From positions 40,994 to 104,993 of the IMG/VR virus record IMGVR_UViG_3300046786_000748: a stretch of 64,000 bases of DNA; one strand, given 5' to 3'. This DNA comes from a virus. The stretch's first letter is position 1, and every line of letters begins with the position of its first letter. Below the pieces are notes generated by a model. That model was not told the origin of the DNA and made no database searches. It saw nothing but the letters and a program-made list of their open reading frames with translations. This document shows positions 58,573 to 64,000 of this stretch, piece after piece. The translations under genes were made by a program, and so were the position numbers.

Positions 58573-58860
58573 TCATTCCTTTGGTAGATGTTTGTTTATG
58601 TAGTCTGCTAATTTCTTAGCTTGTTTATTGCTTAACATTACACTATCTGCCCAGGGATTTCCTGTGCAAATAATCCTCCAAACCCATCTTAACCGTTCAC
58701 GCCAACACATGTTATTTGAACCACGCCCGAGGTGCCAGATGGATATATAAAACCCCTCGTCATATTCAGTCTCATAACAATATTTTTGAATTTCTAGAGT
58801 ATGTGCGGAACAAGCACATTTTTCAAAAACAGAATTAAAATCTTGGTTATTAGATTTCAT
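58573..58860 (-). CDS. Small hypothetical protein
   Basis: CAC..H motif, WRERLRWVW; packed in operon. Confidence 0.65.
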   Translation of the reverse strand: MKSNNQDFNSVFEKCACSAHTLEIQKYCYETEYDEGFYISIWHLGRGSNNMCWRERLRWVWRIICTGNPWADSVMLSNKQAKKLADYINKHLPKE

Positions 58861-59206
58861 TTAAATTCTCATCATAAAACTTATGTTTCCCACCAGAAGG
58901 ATGTAATGCCACTGATTCAAAATAGAAACATTGCATTTGATCATCATTGACATTCCACGCTCTCACACCACCCCGAGGATACCCAGGAGTTCCAGGAAGC
59001 ATATACTGAAAAAGATATATTTTATAGAAATCGGGATATCTAGCAACCAGTATTCTAGTTCCCTTTTCAGTATTCTCCGTAACTCTTTGATGTTCAGTTA
59101 CATTGATAAACACATGATGTGAAATGCTCGACTCTGGGTTGAAAGCATGTTTTCTTCTTTCAAAGAACGACATTTCTTCTTTTTCTTCTTTCTTTTTTCG
59201 TCCCAT
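58850..59206 (-). CDS. Hypothetical protein
   Basis: First gene after a sigma70 promoter. Confidence 0.65.
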   Translation of the reverse strand: MGRKKKEEKEEMSFFERRKHAFNPESSISHHVFINVTEHQRVTENTEKGTRILVARYPDFYKIYLFQYMLPGTPGYPRGGVRAWNVNDDQMQCFYFESVALHPSGGKHKFYDENLNEI

Positions 59207-59217
59207 AGTATATAATC

Positions 59218-59246
59218 ATTGTAACTCGTTGAGTGTCCAATGTCAA
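59218..59246 (-). promoter_or_regulatory. Sigma70-type promoter
   Basis: TTGACA-N17-TACAAT. Confidence 0.75.
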
Positions 59247-59249
59247 TAA

Positions 59250-59525
59250 TCAATTTTCACCGAACTTGTCTTCAAATAAACTACTCAAAGCATATATAGC
59301 CTCTGTAGCGTCATCACCTTCTGCTGTAATTTTTAACTTGGTTCCCTTTCCTGCTCCCAAAAGCATGATACCTAAAATGCTTTTGCCATCAACAACTTCT
59401 CCATCTTCTGTAGCAATGGAAATTTGAGATTGAAACTTATTGGCTTTCTTAACTAAAGATGATGAAGGACGAGCATGTAAACCCAATTCGTTCTCAACTA
59501 TAAACTCTTGTGTAACTGTATTCAT
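59250..59525 (-). CDS. ptsH: HPr phosphocarrier protein
   Basis: NELGLHARP (His15) and VDGKSILGIMLLGAGKG (Ser46), AEGDDA.EA; 91 aa; TATTTATA at 59536-59543. Confidence 0.92.
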   Translation of the reverse strand: MNTVTQEFIVENELGLHARPSSSLVKKANKFQSQISIATEDGEVVDGKSILGIMLLGAGKGTKLKITAEGDDATEAIYALSSLFEDKFGEN

Positions 59526-59596
59526 AATCCGATGGTATAAATATTGTAAACCTTCTGTTTTATTCTATATTTATTAACAGGAAAAGGTAAAAATAT

Positions 59597-61393
59597 ATGA
59601 TAAAGTTGTTGCCGCTTATTTTAGAAAATGTCGTTGACCAAGAAGCCGATCTTGGCAAAGGACATCCATTAAGTGAAAAGGGATATTTATTTTTGAAGGG
59701 GAAAATTGACGAGATGAATAAAAAGGCGGCAAAGTGGGGTGTGCCAACAATGACCTTGAAAATTCTCAAGGAAGAGTTCGTGAAGAAAAAGATTTGGGTT
59801 AATATCACAACCGGTCAACAAACCACTCCTGACGACCCAGAAAAAGAAATAAAAGAAGTAAACGTCAAACAGTATCAAGTTGTTATTGAAGGGGAACCTC
59901 CCAGCGTCGAGGGATACGAATTCATCGCTAAAGTCGAACATACGCATGATGGAAACATTCTTAATTATGCTCCTAAAGCGTCTGATAAAACTATGCCTAC
60001 TGAATACAGAACTGCTAGACAGGCATGCGATGTTTGTAAAACGAACCGTGATAGAAACAACACATTCATCCTCAAACTTGAAAAAGATGATCCTCAGAGA
60101 TTTCCAGAAAAGAGAGCAGGCGATTTTGTTATGGTTGGGAGCGGTTGTTTAAAGAGATTTCTTCCTAATATCTCGGCGACTGCGTTAATGGAATATGCGG
60201 AAATGATGGAAACATTGAGAAACTCAGTTGATCAAGCAGGGGAAATGGATGATAGTTTCGAAGGAGGATTTGGAAAGAGTAGTGGAAATTGGACGGGAAG
60301 AGAAGAATTAGGAAGGTGGTTAGCTGCAATTTATTTACATACCGGAAAGTATTTATCCAAGAAAAAAGCAGACGAATTTCAAACTATATCTACAGTTGAT
60401 GATGCTTTCAACGCAATGAATTCTAGAGCAGACCAACACGAACATTCTGTCCACAAACGAATGAGAGAAGATCAACCATTTATAGAAAAAGTCGATAAGT
60501 TAACAGCAGATTTTATAGAATGGTCTAAAACTAAAGACTTTGATACGTTAATTAATCAAAAACCAGAGTTTGCTGATTTCTTTCATAACTTGAAAATCAT
60601 TGCTAAACAAGAAATGTTCAAATCTAAAAATAGCGGATTCTTTTCAGCGTTATTTCAGTTATATTTGAGAGATCAAGGGGAATTGGAGAAGAAGGCAGCA
60701 ATGAAGAAAGCTACTGCTGACTTTACATATTTTGGGGAGGTTGGTGGGAAGATTAAAGTTAAAGTGAGAGTAAACAAAGTTAAAGAATACGAAAGTCAAT
60801 ATGGTCAAGGATTAATTATCAACATGGAAGGTGAACAAACCGCTACTGATGATTCTGGTCAACCGATTGTTAAAAAAGGTAACTTAATCTACTTTACCAG
60901 CAACTTTGAACTTGAAGAAGGTGAAGAAGCAGAAATAGAAGCAACGGTCAAAGGACACCAACAGAATAAATATACTCAAATCCCAGAAACTCAAATTACT
61001 AGAGCAAAGATTGTCAACTTCATTACTCATCCAGAAAAGAATGCTGGTAAAACAAAAGTAAAAGACTTAAATGGGACTGTAAAAGTACACCATGTTAGAG
61101 AAAACATGAATTGGAATACTGGTCAAAAAGAATATTCCATACAGTTCAATTATGATATTAATGTTCACCCTGAAATGAGGGTTATTGGTTCAAACTGGGG
61201 AGTTGGTTTTGTTTATACTATTCCAGATGAATCTACTTATCAATCATTAAAACAATACGAAAATAAATTGGTTAATGCTAAGTGGAGTTTGGGAAGAGTA
61301 ACCAATATTGATAAATTAAAAACAAGTACTGGACATCCTGTAACTAAGTTCCAAGTAACTCAAGTATTAGGTGATGTTCCAACTAACCAATAA
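59597..61393 (+). CDS. Zinc-ribbon and OB-fold protein with MIKLLPLILE leader
   Basis: CDVC..NRDRN...VGSGCL; C-terminal YFGEVG.K...ESQYG...ATVKGH...TQITRAK OB-like region; TATTTATT at 59568-59575. Confidence 0.7.
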   Translation: MIKLLPLILENVVDQEADLGKGHPLSEKGYLFLKGKIDEMNKKAAKWGVPTMTLKILKEEFVKKKIWVNITTGQQTTPDDPEKEIKEVNVKQYQVVIEGEPPSVEGYEFIAKVEHTHDGNILNYAPKASDKTMPTEYRTARQACDVCKTNRDRNNTFILKLEKDDPQRFPEKRAGDFVMVGSGCLKRFLPNISATALMEYAEMMETLRNSVDQAGEMDDSFEGGFGKSSGNWTGREELGRWLAAIYLHTGKYLSKKKADEFQTISTVDDAFNAMNSRADQHEHSVHKRMREDQPFIEKVDKLTADFIEWSKTKDFDTLINQKPEFADFFHNLKIIAKQEMFKSKNSGFFSALFQLYLRDQGELEKKAAMKKATADFTYFGEVGGKIKVKVRVNKVKEYESQYGQGLIINMEGEQTATDDSGQPIVKKGNLIYFTSNFELEEGEEAEIEATVKGHQQNKYTQIPETQITRAKIVNFITHPEKNAGKTKVKDLNGTVKVHHVRENMNWNTGQKEYSIQFNYDINVHPEMRVIGSNWGVGFVYTIPDESTYQSLKQYENKLVNAKWSLGRVTNIDKLKTSTGHPVTKFQVTQVLGDVPTNQ

Positions 61394-61538
61394 GACCTTT
61401 GTTAATATCTTTAACTTCTTTAAAAGGAATGTCTTTGTAATATCCACATGGACAATAAAAACGAACGACTTTTGATAATTGTCGTTCGTCTTTTGGAGTT
61501 TTTTCTTTTAAAATTGATCTACACTTAGGACATAACAT
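61383..61538 (-). CDS. 51-aa zinc-ribbon protein (not in ORF track)
   Basis: MLCPKC...FYCPCGY; starts 5 nt after tRNA-Ser(CGA). Confidence 0.5.
   Translation of the reverse strand: MLCPKCRSILKEKTPKDERQLSKVVRFYCPCGYYKDIPFKEVKDINKGLIG
61461..61494 (+). terminator. Probable terminator of 59597..61393
   Basis: acgaacgac...gtcgttcgt followed by ctttt. Confidence 0.5.
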
Positions 61539-61543
61539 ATAAA

Positions 61544-61635
61544 TGGCGGAAGCAGAGGGAATTGAACCCCCGCCGGCTTTTACACCGGTCTAGTTTTCGA
61601 AACTAGTGCAGCAAACCAACATCTACCTTACTTCC
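61544..61635 (-). tRNA. tRNA-Ser(CGA)
   Basis: Anticodon arm ctagt-TT CGA AA-actag, long variable arm, GGTTCAATTCC T-arm, G73 and CCA. Confidence 0.9.
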
Positions 61636-61640
61636 AAAAA

Positions 61641-61728
61641 TGGCGGAAGATACAGGAATTGAACCTGTTCCCCTGTTACGGGGCCTTCAGCTTTCCAAGC
61701 TGAGCTATTACCGGTCTAGCAATCTTCC
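61641..61728 (-). tRNA. tRNA-Ser(GGA)
   Basis: tcagc-TT GGA AA-gctga, long variable arm, GGTTCAATTCC, GCCA end. Confidence 0.9.
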
Positions 61729-61734
61729 TTAAAG

Positions 61735-61808
61735 TGGCTGCTCATGATGGAATCGAACCACCCTCTTCTGATTCAGAGTCAGTTGTAATGCCGATATACT
61801 AATGAGCA
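61735..61808 (-). tRNA. tRNA-Gln(CTG)
   Basis: ctga-CT CTG AA-tcag, GGTTCGATTCC, U1-A72, GCCA end. Confidence 0.9.
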
Positions 61809-61812
61809 ATAA

Positions 61813-61894
61813 TGTGGTCTGTGCAATTTTACTAGTGGTTAAGTGCGGCACATGCGCCCAAGCCGTTAAGGATTACCCCAATCCGACGACCACA
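61813..61894 (-). ncRNA. Candidate small structured RNA in tRNA cluster
   Basis: 82 nt, GC-richer than flanks, closed by TGTGGTC/GACCACA stem, internal GGATT/AATCC hairpin; strand inferred from neighbours. Confidence 0.4.
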
Positions 61895-61903
61895 ATAATT
61901 ATT

Positions 61904-62080
61904 CTAAAATGTTACAACTTCCATTTGAGAAACATCAATTCTTTCCAAATGGGGATAATATAATCCACATTCCTTTTTATATTTTCTGTAAATTGTTAAA
62001 GCCTCTTTATCGTTTTTTGCTTCAAACAATTTGCGTTCACACTTTTCAGATATGTGTTGAGTAAAAATACGATACATCAT
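61904..62080 (-). CDS. 58-aa hypothetical protein (not in ORF track)
   Basis: MMYRIFTQHISEKCERKLFEAKND...; fills gap between RNA genes. Confidence 0.45.
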   Translation of the reverse strand: MMYRIFTQHISEKCERKLFEAKNDKEALTIYRKYKKECGLYYPHLERIDVSQMEVVTF

Positions 62081-62086
62081 AAAATT

Positions 62087-62162
62087 TGGTGGACACTAGT
62101 GAGATTTGAACTCACACGCACTGAATGCCATTCAGCGATGCTACCAATTACATCATAGGCCC
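62087..62162 (-). tRNA. tRNA-Ala(GGC)
   Basis: G3:U70, anticodon loop AT GGC AT, GTTCAAATC T-loop, ACCA end; one bulged U in acceptor 3' strand. Confidence 0.8.
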
Positions 62163-62986
62163 TTTAATATAAATAGTTCTATTTTAATTTTTTCTACATC
62201 TCCGTATAACAAAACCATTTTATTCTCTTTTAAAACATTGTCAAGTTTGAACTGATCATTTGACAATTTATATTTATTTTTTGGATCTAAATAAACACCC
62301 AATTCAGGAAGATAAAAATCGGGATAATATCGTCGTTTGTCTCCCTTGATATCAGTCCACCAAAACATGTGTTTTTTTCTACTTCGTTCCCATTTTATGT
62401 TATTTTCATCCATCCAATTAGCAAGTTCAACTTCCCACGAAGAATCCATCCACACGTTTTTGTATTGATAATGTTTATATCCAGTCTCGCCGCCACAATT
62501 TGGGTTCTCTATAGATTTTCTTCGTAGGTATATTTTATAACACTTTTCTGAACAAGTTTTTCTCGGTTTATTTTCAAATACCCAACTGTTTGTAAATTTT
62601 TGAAATCGTCTCCCGCATTCAACACAAACAAAATCATATAATTTAGCAGGTTTTCGTCCTCCATATTTTCCAGAATCCCACAATTTTTTTATTTTAATAG
62701 ATTGTTTTTCTCTATCATAATCTCCAGCTTTAGATTTAGAATATTTACGAGCACAATTAATACTACAACATTTCCTTGATTTTTTATGAGTTGTGGTTTC
62801 AAATTCTTTTTTACACCACAAACATTTTGATATTATTTTTGTTGTTGTCGTTTTTAATTTTTTCGTGGAACAAGACAGAGAACAATAAAACTCTTTTCTA
62901 CCGTTTTTAATTTGACGGGTTATTTCTTTAGTTGGTTTCTCAAATTTTACACCGCAATTATTACAGATTAATTTAACTGTTCTCAT
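62153..62986 (-). mobile_element. Zinc-finger / PD-(D/E)XK putative homing endonuclease gene
   Basis: Three CxxC...CSxxC modules then MDSSWE..LA..MD...I.W, RRYYPDFYLP...YLDPK; lies between two tRNA-Ala genes; TATTTATT at 62992-62999. Confidence 0.75.
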
Positions 62987-63098
62987 ACACTAATAAATAG
63001 TGGAGAGAAACGGAAACCCACCAAAAACTTTACATTTAGGTGATTATTATTAGTGTTAACCAGTCGCAACCAACGTGGAGGTTATAATCACTGCGACC

Positions 63099-63172
63099 TG
63101 GAGCCTACGGGAGTCGAACCCGTACTATTTCACAATGCAAATGTGATGCCATGCCAATTAGGCGAAGGCCCC
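63099..63172 (-). tRNA. tRNA-Ala(TGC), CCA not encoded
   Basis: GGGGCCT/AGGCTCC acceptor with G3:U70, tcaca-TT TGC AT-tgtga, GGTTCGACTCC, A73 followed by GGT. Confidence 0.9.
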
Positions 63173-63214
63173 TTAATTCTAGTATAAATATATATCAACT
63201 TCAGAAAATGTCAA

Positions 63215-63916
63215 TTACAAAACTAAACTCTTTTCTGAACAAAGTTTTTTAAACACATCCCATTCTGTAGGAAGGTCTTCTAAAACATCAACCCCATAAA
63301 AACCAGTCTTAGTCGTGTTTTCTGCAATCATAATCAAATTGTCATCGGTGTATTCTTCTAAAACTCTAGGAGATGCTACGCCCAACAACCATACGTTTTT
63401 TTGATCGGTTATGCCAATAATGTTTGCACAACGATACCGTCTTCCTCTATAATTTCCTAAGTTACAAACATAAGTTCTGCTTGATTTAAAAACAAGAGGA
63501 ACGTTGTGCATCGAAGAACCTTTTACATCACAAAGAACACCCAAAGGCAATAAATCAGGATGGTTTCTTTTGTAAGATTCTTCTACAATAGAATCATCAA
63601 ACTGATTTTGTTTTCCAAAGAATTTCAATAAACCGTATTCAATACAAGCCCCTGTCATTTCCCGCTTGGATCTGTTTTTGTCATCAACACCTTTCCATTC
63701 TCTGGTTTTAGCTTTAACCTTTTTCTCCGCAAACGATTCCAAAAAAGATAAATCTTCTTGGTTTAACTCAATTAATGTTTGTTTTTCTTTACACAATTCC
63801 ATCCGTGGTTTGAAATAATTTTCAAATACATAACGGTTAAACTTTACTCTATCATTTCGTTCTAATTTTTTTGGTTGCGCAAGACCTATTGATTTATAAT
63901 ATTCTAGACAAATCAT
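63215..63916 (-). CDS. Restriction-endonuclease-like (PD-(D/E)XK) protein
   Basis: G..IE.......HPDL...CDVKGS; start probably ATG 63916 after TTGACT-N17-TATATT. Confidence 0.5.
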   Translation of the reverse strand: MICLEYYKSIGLAQPKKLERNDRVKFNRYVFENYFKPRMELCKEKQTLIELNQEDLSFLESFAEKKVKAKTREWKGVDDKNRSKREMTGACIEYGLLKFFGKQNQFDDSIVEESYKRNHPDLLPLGVLCDVKGSSMHNVPLVFKSSRTYVCNLGNYRGRRYRCANIIGITDQKNVWLLGVASPRVLEEYTDDNLIMIAENTTKTGFYGVDVLEDLPTEWDVFKKLCSEKSLVL

Positions 63917-64000
63917 ATTAACTGTAATATACTTTGTAATAAGTATTAAGTCAATATGTAATATTGAACCAACTGGGGTCAATACCTCATATAGTTATAT

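Noticed and set aside
59560-59808. 82-aa minus-strand ORF
   Set aside because: Overlaps the promoter and start of the 598-aa plus-strand gene.
61813-61894. Y RNA, SRP RNA or tmRNA identity
   Set aside because: Lacks the Ro-binding bulged helix, the SRP loop motif, and tmRNA length and ends.
1-64000. Alternative genetic code (stop-codon reassignment)
   Set aside because: Core genes are full length and densely packed under the standard code; no suppressor tRNA seen.
1-64000. CRISPR array or diversity-generating retroelement
   Set aside because: No regularly spaced repeats with unique spacers, no reverse transcriptase, and no adenine-specific TR/VR pair noticed; repeats in 25..2577 differ at all base types.

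Overview
64 kb, AT-rich fragment of a large T4-like (myovirus-type, probably jumbo) tailed phage using the standard genetic code. Most genes are on the minus strand. Head and packaging: gp23-like major capsid, acidic scaffold, gp21-like prohead protease, intein-containing gp20-like portal, large terminase. Baseplate and tail: gp6-like wedge, gp25, a gp5-like spike, several large Ser/Thr-rich structural proteins and fibres. DNA and transcription: fused SbcD-SbcC (gp47-gp46), primase, gp55-like late sigma factor. Accessory: a sigma70-driven island (RlaP-like nucleotidyltransferase, DUF2384-like orphan antitoxin, NADAR, FkbM methyltransferase, dCMP deaminase, pyrimidine-dimer glycosylase), PhoH, a complete HPr, and five tRNAs with an embedded endonuclease gene. 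The main hunt results are: (1) seven unrelated proteins (Nudix, SWIM finger, OB-fold and others) share an N-terminal MIKLKxLLxE tag resembling a capsid-targeting, protease-cleaved leader; (2) one of them ends in a 9-aa exact copy of a major-capsid peptide (YDPVNFTPR) encoded mostly by different synonymous codons; (3) an [ST]-x-S-hydrophobic motif saturates outer virion proteins, a candidate glycosylation sequon; (4) the apparent late promoter is TATTTATA, the reverse complement of T4's, often placed for leaderless mRNA. All family assignments are from motif recognition by eye; no database searches were run.
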